Positions 9,820 to 20,703 of a stretch of DNA of 64,000 nt are shown in pieces (the first letter of the stretch is position 1; every line of letters begins with the position of its first letter). Both the position numbers and the translations under genes were made by a program. The DNA lies in contig JBOEGF010000011.1 in the NCBI GenBank assembly GCA_050633305.1, forward strand, positions 127,312 through 191,311, read 5' to 3'. Origin of the DNA: Nannocystales bacterium (GTDB lineage Bacteria; Myxococcota_A; Polyangia; Nannocystales; Nannocystaceae). The notes beneath the pieces were generated by a model. The model was given only the letters and a program-made list of their open reading frames with translations. It was not told where the DNA came from and searched no databases.

Positions 9820-10533
9820 CTACGGCGGCCGCGGAAACGGTGGATCTCGGAGTTGTTTGCCCAGATCCCGGAGGATGCGGGCGTGGTGGCGACAGATCGT
9901 GCTTCGACTCTTGCCGACGCGCTCCCCGTACTCGCCCATGCTCAGACCCTCGTCGTAGATCGCTTGGACGAGGCCGCGGTCGGCGTCGGTCAGCGAGGCC
10001 ATCGCTTCGCGAAGGTGCTCGCGAAGCTCCTTGAAGGAGACGGCGTCCTCGGCCGAGGTCGCCGTCTGAGCGACGGTATCCGGATCGGCCGGTGTCGCCT
10101 TCGAGGCCAGCACCGCGGTGGTGGTGCGGGCGACGAGGTCCGCTGCGGCTTGGACTCGGTCGGCGAGGGTCCGGGTGTCGGCGCCGCCGCGACGGGCCTG
10201 GTTCTTCTGCGCGTCCTCGAGAAGCGCTTGGGTGGCCTCCAGGACCTTGAGCGCCCGCGAACGTCTGCGGATGGCCGGAGCGGCCCGCCTTGCGACATCG
10301 ATCATCGCACCACGGATCCGATGGTGCGCAAATCCTGAGAACGGGACGCCCGAGGCGGGGTCGTAGCGCTGCGCGGCCTCCACCAGCCCTTCGTACCCGG
10401 CGCTGCGAAGCTCTTCGAGGGAGGCGTGCGACACCTGCTTGGCGAGCACGTGCGCGAGCATCTCGACCCTTTCAAGCGCTGATTCAGCGCGGCGGCGTTG
10501 GGCCTCGGTGAGCGGCTTGAGTGTTTCGTCCAC
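9820..10533 (-). CDS. RNA polymerase sigma factor, FliA/WhiG (sigma-28-like) group
   Basis: Region 2 EELRSAGYEGLVEAAQRYDPASGVPFSGFAHHRIRGAMID; region 4 LREAMASLTDADRGLVQAIYDEGLSMGEYGERVGKSRSTICRHH. GTG start at 10533, just after the pilZ stop. Confidence 0.85.
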   Translation of the reverse strand: MDETLKPLTEAQRRRAESALERVEMLAHVLAKQVSHASLEELRSAGYEGLVEAAQRYDPASGVPFSGFAHHRIRGAMIDVARRAAPAIRRRSRALKVLEATQALLEDAQKNQARRGGADTRTLADRVQAAADLVARTTTAVLASKATPADPDTVAQTATSAEDAVSFKELREHLREAMASLTDADRGLVQAIYDEGLSMGEYGERVGKSRSTICRHHARILRDLGKQLRDPPFPRPP

Positions 10534-10537
10534 CGGG

Positions 10538-10876
10538 TCAGCCCGTGGCGGTGCTCGCGGCGAGTTGGCGTTGCGCATCGCGGATGTGCTTGCGCAGGGC
10601 CCACTTCTGCTCATCGCTGAGGTTCTGAAACTGGATCCCCATGTCGCGATTCGATGCGCGCACCACGATTCCGCTGAGGGGGAGGTTTGCGGCCTTGCGG
10701 GGGAAGGACAGCACCAGCGCGACCTCCGTCCCCGGGGCTTCCCAGCCTCGACCCGCAAACCGGCAGCCGCCCATGCTCAGGTCGGCCATTGGCACACACA
10801 GCGCAACCTCATGGCCGATGACATCCGCCGTGGCGGGGATCGGGAACCTGGGGTGCAGTCGAGCGTCGGCGCTCAC
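10538..10876 (-). CDS. Stand-alone PilZ domain protein (c-di-GMP receptor)
   Basis: RxxxR (RLHPR) and D/NxSxxG (DLSMGG) motifs; GIVVR...MGIQF; about 112 aa from GTG 10876. Confidence 0.85.
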   Translation of the reverse strand: MSADARLHPRFPIPATADVIGHEVALCVPMADLSMGGCRFAGRGWEAPGTEVALVLSFPRKAANLPLSGIVVRASNRDMGIQFQNLSDEQKWALRKHIRDAQRQLAASTATG

Positions 10877-10947
10877 GGGGGGATCATAACGGACCTGGCG
10901 ACACGTGAGCATTCAACGAGTGTCCAGGTGTCGGTGCCTAGGGGCGT

Positions 10948-10998
10948 CGCTGACGGGTCGTCAGCGTTGGTGCTGCTGGATTGTCAAAATGACAATCC
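10948..10998. promoter_or_regulatory. Two perfect inverted repeats in a divergent promoter region
   Basis: CGCTGACG-GGT-CGTCAGCG (10948-10966) and GGATTGTCA-AAA-TGACAATCC (10978-10998). Confidence 0.5.
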
Positions 10999-11097
10999 GG
11001 TTTTCAGGCGTTGGCGGTAACCCTTTGGATCCTTCGGGATTTTGCGTACCCTCCCGCCGGCCGGGGCATTGCATTGATGCTCCGGTAGCACTCCGCC

Positions 11098-11613
11098 ATG
11101 AATCGTCTTCGCTCGATGCTGTTCGCCTGTGGACTCGGGCTCGTCGCTGTTTCAGCGCCGGGCTGCAAAGACGCGCCGACGATTCCGGGGACGGAGATCC
11201 CGGATACGGACGAGAATCGCGAGATTCTTCGTGTGCTCGAGCGGTACCGGACCGCGTTTGTACGTCGCGATGCGGCCGGCGTCCTCGCCACCGCCCACCC
11301 GACGTACTACGACACGGCCGGCACCGACGACCCGGGGGACGACGTCGAGTACGAACTGCTCGGTCCCATCCTCCGAGAGCGCCTCGCTCAGGTCGAGTCG
11401 ATCCGCTTCACGGTCGACTACTTGGAGATCAACGTCGTGGACGACCGTGCCGTGGTCAAGGCGTGGATCGATGCCAGCTTCCGCCTGTCGCCGATCGTCG
11501 ACGGCGACAGCGGGATGACCCGTGTCGAGAGTCAGCACGCTCGCAAGCAGGACCACGCGATGTTCGAGCTGCTGCGCGACGGGTCCAGTTGGCGAATCAC
11601 TCGCGGGCTGTAG
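11098..11613 (+). CDS. NTF2-like/SnoaL-fold lipoprotein
   Basis: Lipobox-like APGC; LERYRTAFVRRDAAGVLATAHPTYYD...WRITRGL pattern. Confidence 0.7.
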   Translation: MNRLRSMLFACGLGLVAVSAPGCKDAPTIPGTEIPDTDENREILRVLERYRTAFVRRDAAGVLATAHPTYYDTAGTDDPGDDVEYELLGPILRERLAQVESIRFTVDYLEINVVDDRAVVKAWIDASFRLSPIVDGDSGMTRVESQHARKQDHAMFELLRDGSSWRITRGL

Positions 11614-11650
11614 CCCCAGCTCGGGCGGTCGCTCCCCAGCCGGGTTCGGG

Positions 11651-13996
11651 TCAGGGCCGGTACGCGCGGAAAAACGCGATTCGGCCGCGCCAATCCTCGT
11701 AGCGCAGTCGGTGCCCGTTCCCGATGCCCGACTCGGCTTCGAGCGCATCCAGCAGCGTGGACGCTTGGTCGTACGCCTTGCCTTGCACGAGTGCGCTCAT
11801 CAGCTCGTACCGCGCCGCCCGGCGAAACTCGTCGCTTGGAAGCTCCGAGGCTCGCTCCAGTGCGCTCTCGAGAAACGGTACCGCGGCGGCGGCTTGCTGG
11901 ACGTTGAGCAATTGCCGCGCGACGAGGTAGCTGCCAAGGGCTTCGTGACCGCGCAGACCCCGGATTCGATGCGCACCAGCGAGCCGTCCGAGGCTCTGCG
12001 TAAACGTGTCCCCTTCGATGTCGAACAGCGCGAGGTAGTCGGTGAGGACGTCGGCCAGCGCGGGGTCGAGTGTGGCCTCGCGCTTGAGCTGAAGCATTCG
12101 GGTGTGCTCCTCGTCGTCGGGCAGCGCAAGTCCGGCGTCGTAGGACTCCCGGGCGGCGTCGAGGTCGGCGGCGAACATGTGCACGTCGCCGCGTAGCTCG
12201 TGCATCCGGCTGCGCACACTGACGGTCAGCTTGGGCATCTGCTCCAGCGTTCGCAGGGCTTGGAGGGCGGCCTGAGGATCCCGACGGTCCATGTGTCCCC
12301 GCGCGAGTCCCAGGCGGTGGATGGGTTGAAGGGGTTCGAGGGCGCACAGCTCCTCGTGGAGTTCCACGGCGTCGTCGAACTCGGCGCGTCCGGTGGCTCG
12401 GCCCAGCTCGCTACGGACTTCGGCGACCGTGTGGGCACAGGGCCTTTCGAACAGGCTGCCCCGCTTGAAGCGCTGGGCCTGGGCTTCGACGTCCTCGGGC
12501 CGGATTCCATTGCGCTGCTCGAGGAATTCGATCCATTCGGCCTCGAGCGTCTCGAGCGAGGTGCCGTAGGCGGCTTGGGCATCGCCGGCGGTGCCATAGA
12601 AGGTGCCCATTTTCTCGAAACCGCGGGTGTCGATCAGCCACAGTACGAACGAGCCGGCGGTCATGTACGCGACCCGGGAACTGTGACTGAGAAAGCCCGG
12701 ACCCATGATCGATGCGAGCTTGGGCCGGCGGTCGAGTGCGCCGAGGACTTCGACTTGGTCGTGCAGATCGAGTCGGTCCGAGGGGCGTGGGGCGAGTCCG
12801 GTCGCAAAGCCCTCGATGAGCCCGATGTTGAGCCGAAACCCGTCGCGAGAGACCCCGAAGATGTCGTCGCCCACGGTGTTCCCGAAGATGTGGGCGAGCT
12901 CGTGGTGCAGGACAGGGTGGGGGAACTCGCGGTGGTCGAGGTAGATCTGCCCTCGCCATGGCGCCGCGACTTGCACGGTCCCAGCACCCATCGCGGCCCG
13001 CTTCTGGTTGCGGTCGCGGAAGTTGAAGCTGTGGACCTTGCCGGCAGGCTCCAGACCCCCCATCCGCTTTTTCAGGCGGTCGTAGGCGTACTCGTGCTCG
13101 GCGGCGATGAGTTCGATCGTCCGGTCGTCGGGCGTGCGCGGAGCGTAGTCGATGATGAAGTGTTCGGTCTCGACGCGTTGCGGCAGGACCTCTCGGAGGC
13201 TCTCCTCGTCGGCCGTGAACCCCAGCGAGGCTCCGTTCCAACCGATGAGCATCGCCGTGACGGTCGAGACGACGGCAACCACGGCCAGAACGCCGCGCCG
13301 ACCTTCGCCCAGGCCTTGGAGAGGGTGTGGCCGACGCCGAAGGGAGGCATCGCACACCAGCCCCAGGAGCATGGCCGCCGCTGCGCCGGCCAGCAGCGTG
13401 TAGCCGCGGTAGCGCAGGTAGCGATCGCCCACGGCGACGCTTTCGTCGTAGACGGAGCCCGAGAAGTAGCCGAAGAACGGATCGTAGGCGTAGACGACCG
13501 GGTCGCCGTACAGCCGGCGCAACCCCACGACGATGCACAATCCCATCGGGAGGAAGGCGAGCCACAGCGCTCGGCCGCGACGGTTGGTCAGGGTCGATGC
13601 GGCGACGCCACAGACCGCGCCGAGCAGCGAGGAGAGGGCCGGCCCCATGCCGTAGAACACCAGTCCACCCAACGGGTCACAGCCGCGTTGCCAGAGACCT
13701 CCAAGCAGGGTCATGGCGATCGCGATCCCGTGAAGTGAGGTCAGCTCGCGCAGCACGGTGGAGCCGAGCGACCACCATGACGCCGAGGGGGTGCCCGCGA
13801 CGCGTCGCATGGCATCTACCCCGACCGCCATCCCCAACAAGGAGAACAGCGGTGAGAGCACGAAGGCGTGTTCGTAGCCGAGGGATCCGACCAGGGGCAG
13901 GGTGCTCAGCGCGGCGACGAGGACGAGGACGATGAGGCGTCGCCGCCACAGGGGACGCGCGAGCGCAGCGAGGGCAGGGCGCACGGCACAGAGCAT
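11651..13996 (-). CDS. Membrane-anchored gluzincin-like metallopeptidase (peptidase MA-like) with TPR tail
   Basis: About 7 N-terminal TM helices; [17 protein letters not shown] followed by GLIEGFA (HEXXH...E); helical TPR-like C-terminus. Confidence 0.7.
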   Translation of the reverse strand: MLCAVRPALAALARPLWRRRLIVLVLVAALSTLPLVGSLGYEHAFVLSPLFSLLGMAVGVDAMRRVAGTPSASWWSLGSTVLRELTSLHGIAIAMTLLGGLWQRGCDPLGGLVFYGMGPALSSLLGAVCGVAASTLTNRRGRALWLAFLPMGLCIVVGLRRLYGDPVVYAYDPFFGYFSGSVYDESVAVGDRYLRYRGYTLLAGAAAAMLLGLVCDASLRRRPHPLQGLGEGRRGVLAVVAVVSTVTAMLIGWNGASLGFTADEESLREVLPQRVETEHFIIDYAPRTPDDRTIELIAAEHEYAYDRLKKRMGGLEPAGKVHSFNFRDRNQKRAAMGAGTVQVAAPWRGQIYLDHREFPHPVLHHELAHIFGNTVGDDIFGVSRDGFRLNIGLIEGFATGLAPRPSDRLDLHDQVEVLGALDRRPKLASIMGPGFLSHSSRVAYMTAGSFVLWLIDTRGFEKMGTFYGTAGDAQAAYGTSLETLEAEWIEFLEQRNGIRPEDVEAQAQRFKRGSLFERPCAHTVAEVRSELGRATGRAEFDDAVELHEELCALEPLQPIHRLGLARGHMDRRDPQAALQALRTLEQMPKLTVSVRSRMHELRGDVHMFAADLDAARESYDAGLALPDDEEHTRMLQLKREATLDPALADVLTDYLALFDIEGDTFTQSLGRLAGAHRIRGLRGHEALGSYLVARQLLNVQQAAAAVPFLESALERASELPSDEFRRAARYELMSALVQGKAYDQASTLLDALEAESGIGNGHRLRYEDWRGRIAFFRAYRP

Positions 13997-14039
13997 AGCG
14001 CGGGTCGAACGGGTCGCGGTCGCGGTAGCATGCGGCGCG

Positions 14040-15419
<1,380 letters not shown>

Positions 15420-15473
15420 CGCGGCGTCAGGGGCCGCCCCTGGTTCCCCGGTCAGCTGTGTGGTATCTGCGAA

Positions 15474-16886
15474 TTGATGGTTTCGGGCGTGTTCCTCTCA
15501 TCGTTGATGCTCTTTGCTGGCGAGCCCGCAGACACCCTGTCGGCCAACACGCTGTTTGGCGAGGAGGTCCGGCAGGTTGCGCCACTGACCGAGCTGGAGC
15601 TGCAGCAGCGGGCGGTCGACTTCCAAAACCTGCTCGACGAGAAGGGCTTGGTCCAGATTGGTGACCAGGTCCGGCCAGGCACCGAAGAGGACGGCTTCAC
15701 ACAAAACCCCAATCCCACATTCGACTGGACGACGCCGCCGCACCGCAACACGATCTTCCTCAACTTTTTCGGCGCGTCGATGTCCCCGGGCACAAATGCA
15801 GCGCTCAACGAATCGAACTGCCTTGGCGCCCCGACGGAGTGGCCCGGGTTCGGCGGGACCGAGGCACAGGCACTCGCGCTCATCGAGGTGTTCGAGCGGC
15901 TCATGGAGCCCTACGGAATCCGTATCGCCTACGACGAGGTGCCGCCGCCGGAGCTGCCCTACGCGATGGTCATGATGGGTGGGACGCCGGGTATGCTTGG
16001 GCTGGGCAACGGCGTGCTGGGCGTGTCGTGCAGCAGTGACTGCGGCGACATGTGGTGGCGGGACGCGACATTCGCGTTCACCGGCGCCATCAATCCGAAC
16101 AATGCCTCCACGCTGGGCACCACTGCGCTCCATGAGGCAGCCCATGCCTTCGGCCTCGCGCACATTGGCGATCCAACGAAGGTCATGAACCCCTTCGTGG
16201 GGAGCTCCAACGTGACCTGGGCCCCCGATTGCGTCCCCTACGACGACGCGACCGGCGGCATCAACTGCCAGGCAACCCACGATGAGTTCTGCCCCGGTGG
16301 CTCGCAGAACACCAACGCCGAGCTTCTTGCCTACTTCGGTACGAACAGCCCCGACATGGAGCCGCCCACCGTCACCATCACTTCGCCCGAGGATGGCATC
16401 GAGTTGCCGGCTGGAAGCAGCGTCGCGATCGAGGTCGACGTCGAGGACAACCACGAAGGCGTCGGCTGGAAGCTCATCCTCGTCGAGGCGGAGCAGGAGT
16501 CGGTCGCGTTCGCATTCGAGCGCCGTTGGGACCTCAGCAACCTCCCCGTGGGCACCTATACGGCACGGGTCGAGGCCATCGATCACGACCGGAACGTGGG
16601 GTTCGACGAGGTCACGATTCACGTCGGCGTGGAAGCACCGGAGACGACCGGGGGGGAGAGCAGCTCTGGCGGTGGCTCCGACTCGGACTCCGACAGTGGC
16701 ACCTCGGGTGGCGAGTCGGACTCCGAGGATTCGGACAGCAGCACGCCCAGTGGCAGCGACACCGATGGCCAAGCGACCCAGGACGACAGCGGCGACGGGG
16801 GGTGCAGCACGGCACCCAAGGGCGGGACCTTCGGCGTGGGCGCGCTGATGATGCTGGGCTTCGGTCTCGTCCGACGCCGAGGGTAG
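15474..16886 (+). CDS. Secreted matrixin-type (metzincin) metalloprotease with Ig-like domain and MYXO-CTERM
   Basis: HEAAHAFGLAH plus Met-turn VMNP; PPTVTITSPEDG bacterial Ig-like domain; Ser/Asp linker; C-terminal GGCSTAPK...LMMLGFGLVRRRG. Confidence 0.85.
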   Translation: MMVSGVFLSSLMLFAGEPADTLSANTLFGEEVRQVAPLTELELQQRAVDFQNLLDEKGLVQIGDQVRPGTEEDGFTQNPNPTFDWTTPPHRNTIFLNFFGASMSPGTNAALNESNCLGAPTEWPGFGGTEAQALALIEVFERLMEPYGIRIAYDEVPPPELPYAMVMMGGTPGMLGLGNGVLGVSCSSDCGDMWWRDATFAFTGAINPNNASTLGTTALHEAAHAFGLAHIGDPTKVMNPFVGSSNVTWAPDCVPYDDATGGINCQATHDEFCPGGSQNTNAELLAYFGTNSPDMEPPTVTITSPEDGIELPAGSSVAIEVDVEDNHEGVGWKLILVEAEQESVAFAFERRWDLSNLPVGTYTARVEAIDHDRNVGFDEVTIHVGVEAPETTGGESSSGGGSDSDSDSGTSGGESDSEDSDSSTPSGSDTDGQATQDDSGDGGCSTAPKGGTFGVGALMMLGFGLVRRRG

Positions 16887-16914
16887 CTCGCACCGCGGCT
16901 CACACTCTGCACGC

Positions 16915-16950
16915 GAAGAAGCCCCGCCGAGATGAGCGGGGCTTTTTCGT
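16915..16950. terminator. Intrinsic terminator, likely bidirectional
   Basis: AAGCCCCGC-CGAGATGA-GCGGGGCTT followed by a T run, between the convergent metalloprotease and ppa genes. Confidence 0.8.
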
Positions 16951-17041
16951 GGTTGCTCGAACGTCGGGACGCCTGAGGAGTCTCTCGGATGACCTTGTTT
17001 GCCAGAGGGGGGCCCGAGCCGCGAGGGCGCCTGGGCAGGGC

Positions 17042-17593
17042 TCAGCCCCAGCCGCGAAGACGGTTCTCTTCCTTGCGGTAGTACGCCAGGCCCTGTTTCA
17101 CGGCCTCGATGCCCTCGGCCGCGCCGCGGATCTCGTCGACGACCACCGCCTTCTCCTCGAGCACCTTGTAGTCCTCGAAGAAGCGCTTGATCTCGATATA
17201 GGTGTGCTTGGGCACCTGGGTGATGTCGGTGATGTCGGCAAACGCAGGGTCGTCTTTCGGGACGGCGATCACTTTGTCGTCCGGCTCCCCCTCATCGGCC
17301 ATATGCATGACTCCGATCGCGCGGACGTTCATGATCGACAGCGGGTGGACTGGCTCGTACCCCAGGACGAGAACATCCAAGGGGTCCTTGTCATCGCAGT
17401 ACGACCGCGGGATGAACCCGTAGTTGGCGGGGTAGTGGACCGAGCTGTACAGGACCCGGTCGACGCGGAGGAGCCCCGACGGCTTGTCGAGCTCGTACTT
17501 GACCTTGGATCCGCGCGGGATCTCGATCACCGCGGTGAACCCCTCGTGGACCGTGTCGGGGTTGTTCGGGATGTCGTGCCACGGATGGACCAT
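17042..17593 (-). CDS. ppa: Inorganic pyrophosphatase (family I)
   Basis: MVHPWHDI...IEIPRGSKVKYELDK...YPANYGFIPRSYCDDKDPLDVLV...DDKVIAV; ATG 17593. Confidence 0.95.
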   Translation of the reverse strand: MVHPWHDIPNNPDTVHEGFTAVIEIPRGSKVKYELDKPSGLLRVDRVLYSSVHYPANYGFIPRSYCDDKDPLDVLVLGYEPVHPLSIMNVRAIGVMHMADEGEPDDKVIAVPKDDPAFADITDITQVPKHTYIEIKRFFEDYKVLEEKAVVVDEIRGAAEGIEAVKQGLAYYRKEENRLRGWG

Positions 17594-17637
17594 GGCGGGG
17601 ACTATACGGCGCTCGCGGGACGAGACCAGTGCTGGAC

Positions 17638-17943
17638 TCATGTCCCGAGGTAGTTGCGTGTTCGCTGCCTGAGGTTGTCCGGGACGTGGGAGGAAAACTC
17701 CAGCCGCAGCCTGGGTCCGTCTCGGTGAGCCCAAATCCGCGCGCGAGGCGGGAGCTCCATTTGGGCCACAAAGTCGCGAGCATCCGAGTCGGACTTTCCC
17801 GGGACGGATCCGGTCAGTTGCACGTCGCCGTTGGCCTCGACGAGCAACACAAACACGGCGCCCGAAGAGGCTCCGGGACCAAAGCGCCAAAAAAGAAACG
17901 CCGCGAGCGCTAGAGCGCTCGCGGCAAGGATCAGCAGCGGCAT
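17638..17943 (-). CDS. DUF3634-like small membrane-anchored protein
   Basis: N-terminal TM helix; C-terminal RLEFSSHVPDNLRQRTRN typical of this family. Confidence 0.65.
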   Translation of the reverse strand: MPLLILAASALALAAFLFWRFGPGASSGAVFVLLVEANGDVQLTGSVPGKSDSDARDFVAQMELPPRARIWAHRDGPRLRLEFSSHVPDNLRQRTRNYLGT

Positions 17944-17952
17944 GGGCCGCGC

Positions 17953-19242
17953 TCAGCCGCGCTTGTCCATGGGGACGTAGTCGCGGGCGCCATGTCCCGT
18001 GTAGATTTGCCGCGGGCGGGCGATCTTCTGCTCTTTGTCGTCGAGCATCTCGCTCCACTGTGCAAGCCAGCCGCTGGCACGTGGGATGGCGAACAGCACG
18101 GGGAACATCTCGGTGGGGAAGCCCATCGCTTGGTAGATGAGGCCCGAGTAGAAGTCGACGTTGGGGTAGAGCTTCCGCTTGACGAAGTACTCGTCGTTGA
18201 GCGCGATCTTCTCGAGCTCGAGGGCCATGTCCAGACGCGGGTTGCGACCGGTGACCTCGAAGACCTGATCGGCGAGCTTCTTGATGACGCGCGCGCGCGG
18301 GTCGTAGTTCTTGTAGACGCGGTGCCCGAAGCCCATCAGGCGACGCTCACCCTTCTTCACACCTTCGATGAAGGACGGGATGTTCTCCATCGAGCCGATT
18401 CCGTCGAGCATCCGCAAGACGGCCTCGTTCGCGCCACCGTGAAGCGGCCCGTACAGGGCTGCTGATGCGGCTGCGAGGGACACGTAAGGATCGGCCTCGG
18501 AGCTGCCCACAGCACGTGCCGCGCTGGCGGAGCAGTTCTGCTCGTGGTCGGCGTGCAAGATGAACAGCACGTCGAGGGCCCGCTCGAGGATCGGGTTTGG
18601 CTTGTAGTTCGGCTCGGCAAGCTGGAACAGCATGCTGAGGAAGTTGCCGCAGTAGGACATATCGTTGTCCGGGTAGACGTACGGCCGTCCGAGCGAGTGT
18701 CGGTACGCCCATGCGGCCATCGTGGGCAGCTTGGCGATGATCTTGACGATGTGCTCGTTGCGGATCTCGGGGTTCCGGACCGCTTTGCTCCCCGTGTAGA
18801 ACGTCGAGAGCGTTCCCAAGAACGCGACCAGACGGCCCATGGGGTGAGCGTCGTAGCGGTAGCCTTCCATGCACGTTTTGAGGAACTCGTGCACGTACGT
18901 GTGCGTGGTGACCTCGTTGGTCCACGCAGCGGACTCCGTCTTGTTGGGGAGCTCTCCATTGAGGAGCAGATAGGCGACCTCGAGGTAGGTCGACTGCTCG
19001 GCAAGCTGCTCGATGGGGTATCCGCGATAGCGCAGGATCCCTTTGTCTCCATCGATGTAGGTGATCGCCGACCGGCAGGATGCCGTGTTCTTGTACGCGG
19101 GGTCGTAGACCATCAGGCCAAAGTCCTCCTCAGAGGATTTCATCTGACGAAAGTCCATGGCTCGAACGGTGCCGTCGTTGATCGGCAGTTCGAAGTTGTT
19201 CCCCGTGCGGTTGTCGGTGATCGAGAGTGTATCGGCGGCCAT
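17953..19242 (-). CDS. gltA: Citrate synthase
   Basis: ITYIDGDKGILRYRGYPIEQLA, LHADHEQNCS, GPLHGGANE, MGFGHRVYKNYDPRA, YPNVDFYSG; ATG 19242. Confidence 0.97.
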   Translation of the reverse strand: MAADTLSITDNRTGNNFELPINDGTVRAMDFRQMKSSEEDFGLMVYDPAYKNTASCRSAITYIDGDKGILRYRGYPIEQLAEQSTYLEVAYLLLNGELPNKTESAAWTNEVTTHTYVHEFLKTCMEGYRYDAHPMGRLVAFLGTLSTFYTGSKAVRNPEIRNEHIVKIIAKLPTMAAWAYRHSLGRPYVYPDNDMSYCGNFLSMLFQLAEPNYKPNPILERALDVLFILHADHEQNCSASAARAVGSSEADPYVSLAAASAALYGPLHGGANEAVLRMLDGIGSMENIPSFIEGVKKGERRLMGFGHRVYKNYDPRARVIKKLADQVFEVTGRNPRLDMALELEKIALNDEYFVKRKLYPNVDFYSGLIYQAMGFPTEMFPVLFAIPRASGWLAQWSEMLDDKEQKIARPRQIYTGHGARDYVPMDKRG

Positions 19243-19321
19243 CAGGAGCTCTTCGCGAAAGTGGCGGAACCATACAGCCGCGGCCCGTCCTTGCCAATAC
19301 GGCCGTGCGGGCTCTTTCGGG

Positions 19322-20644
19322 TCAAATCTCGGGGGAGAAGAGCTGCCACACTTCGGTTGCAGCGCCGTCTTGATCTTCGCCGCCTGCGATGACGGTGACG
19401 CCCGTTGCAAGGGTGGCCGCACCGCCGCCGGTGGCCCGCTGTGGACTCCCCGAGGGCTCCTCGCGTTCGAGCGTGCCCCGGTCGAAACGGAACAATCGCC
19501 CTTCGCCTTGCGCGTACACCGCGGACGAATCCTCCAGCCAGAGGATGTCCCGCATCGGAATCGGGAGCAGGTCTGGGAGCCGGCTCACGGTGAGTTCTGC
19601 GTCCGCCGTGTCGACGATCGCACCCTGCTGCGTCGTGTCGCCATCGAGGGATCCTCCGGCGCAGAGTGTGCGCGTCTCGTCCAGCGCGACGCATTGTGCG
19701 CCTGTCCACGCCTCGCCACTTGGTTCGGCCGTTTGGCCAGAAGTGACCGATAGCACCATCGGAAGCGACGGATCGTCCCCGCCGAACACGATGAGGCTCG
19801 CCTCACCTGCGCCGGGGCGGCCGAAGAGCGTCCCACCGCGTCGGGGTGCATCGAGCTCCAGACTCAGCTCGGTGATCGTCGGCGCTGTGCTCTCCTCCGG
19901 GGCGACCCCGACTTGCAGCACTGATGTTTGCTCTCCACCGCCGGCGACGTACGCGAGTGCGGTCTCGGCGTCGAACCAGGCCGCGCCACCGGGGCGAGGC
20001 GGCATGTCTTGCGGGGACACGGTCACCCATGCATCGGTCCCGTAGACGTAGCGGGTCGCGGCGACCTGCTCCGCGTAGGAAATCCGGGTCACGCTGCCAG
20101 TCCCGTCGCCGACGAACACCCCGTCATCGGAAGCGGGGGTGGGCTCGGGGAAGGGGGCGACGGGGACCAATGCGTAGGTGTAGGCGTCGAGAAACACTGC
20201 ACTTCCGTCCGAGCCTAGGGCGATTGCACCACGGCCGGGGGAGTCGGTGATCAGCGTGCTCGCGTCTGGGAGTGCGAAGTCTCGATCGAGCGTTGCGAGG
20301 GTGCCCGGGTAGCCCAGGAACACCACCACACCCGCCCCTGCGGCCCCAGCGAAGGTGAACGGAGGCGTCCTTCCATAGGCAACCAGCGCCTCGCCCCGGG
20401 CGAAGAACACCGAGAGGCTGCGAGACGTGCCATCCGGTGGGAGCTCGAACTCGACGGCCGCGTCGGATCCCTCGACGATGAACTGCTCCGTGAACCCATC
20501 GGGTGTCAGGGAAACCGTGATGTTGTCGACGTCGCTCAGGGGAGCGTCATCTCGTGGGCGTTCAAACGAAATCGCCACTTCTGAGGTGATGTCGCCACAC
20601 GCCGTGGGGGCGACTGCGAGCCACAGGAGCCACCGAGCGTCCAT
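19322..20644 (-). CDS. Lipoprotein with kelch/beta-propeller-like repeats
   Basis: Lipobox PTAC from ATG 20644; repeated xxGG motifs (YVAGGG, IVFGG, LCAGG, VIAGG). Confidence 0.65.
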   Translation of the reverse strand: MDARWLLWLAVAPTACGDITSEVAISFERPRDDAPLSDVDNITVSLTPDGFTEQFIVEGSDAAVEFELPPDGTSRSLSVFFARGEALVAYGRTPPFTFAGAAGAGVVVFLGYPGTLATLDRDFALPDASTLITDSPGRGAIALGSDGSAVFLDAYTYALVPVAPFPEPTPASDDGVFVGDGTGSVTRISYAEQVAATRYVYGTDAWVTVSPQDMPPRPGGAAWFDAETALAYVAGGGEQTSVLQVGVAPEESTAPTITELSLELDAPRRGGTLFGRPGAGEASLIVFGGDDPSLPMVLSVTSGQTAEPSGEAWTGAQCVALDETRTLCAGGSLDGDTTQQGAIVDTADAELTVSRLPDLLPIPMRDILWLEDSSAVYAQGEGRLFRFDRGTLEREEPSGSPQRATGGGAATLATGVTVIAGGEDQDGAATEVWQLFSPEI

Positions 20645-20703
20645 AGGGCCGGTGTACCACGCGGAAACATGTTGCGACGGCGGCGATCCCGAAGTAAGCC
20701 AGC

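Noticed and set aside
9820..10533. Assigning the symbol fliA and inferring flagella
   Set aside because: The family is clear, but there are no flagellar genes in the window and orthology is not established.
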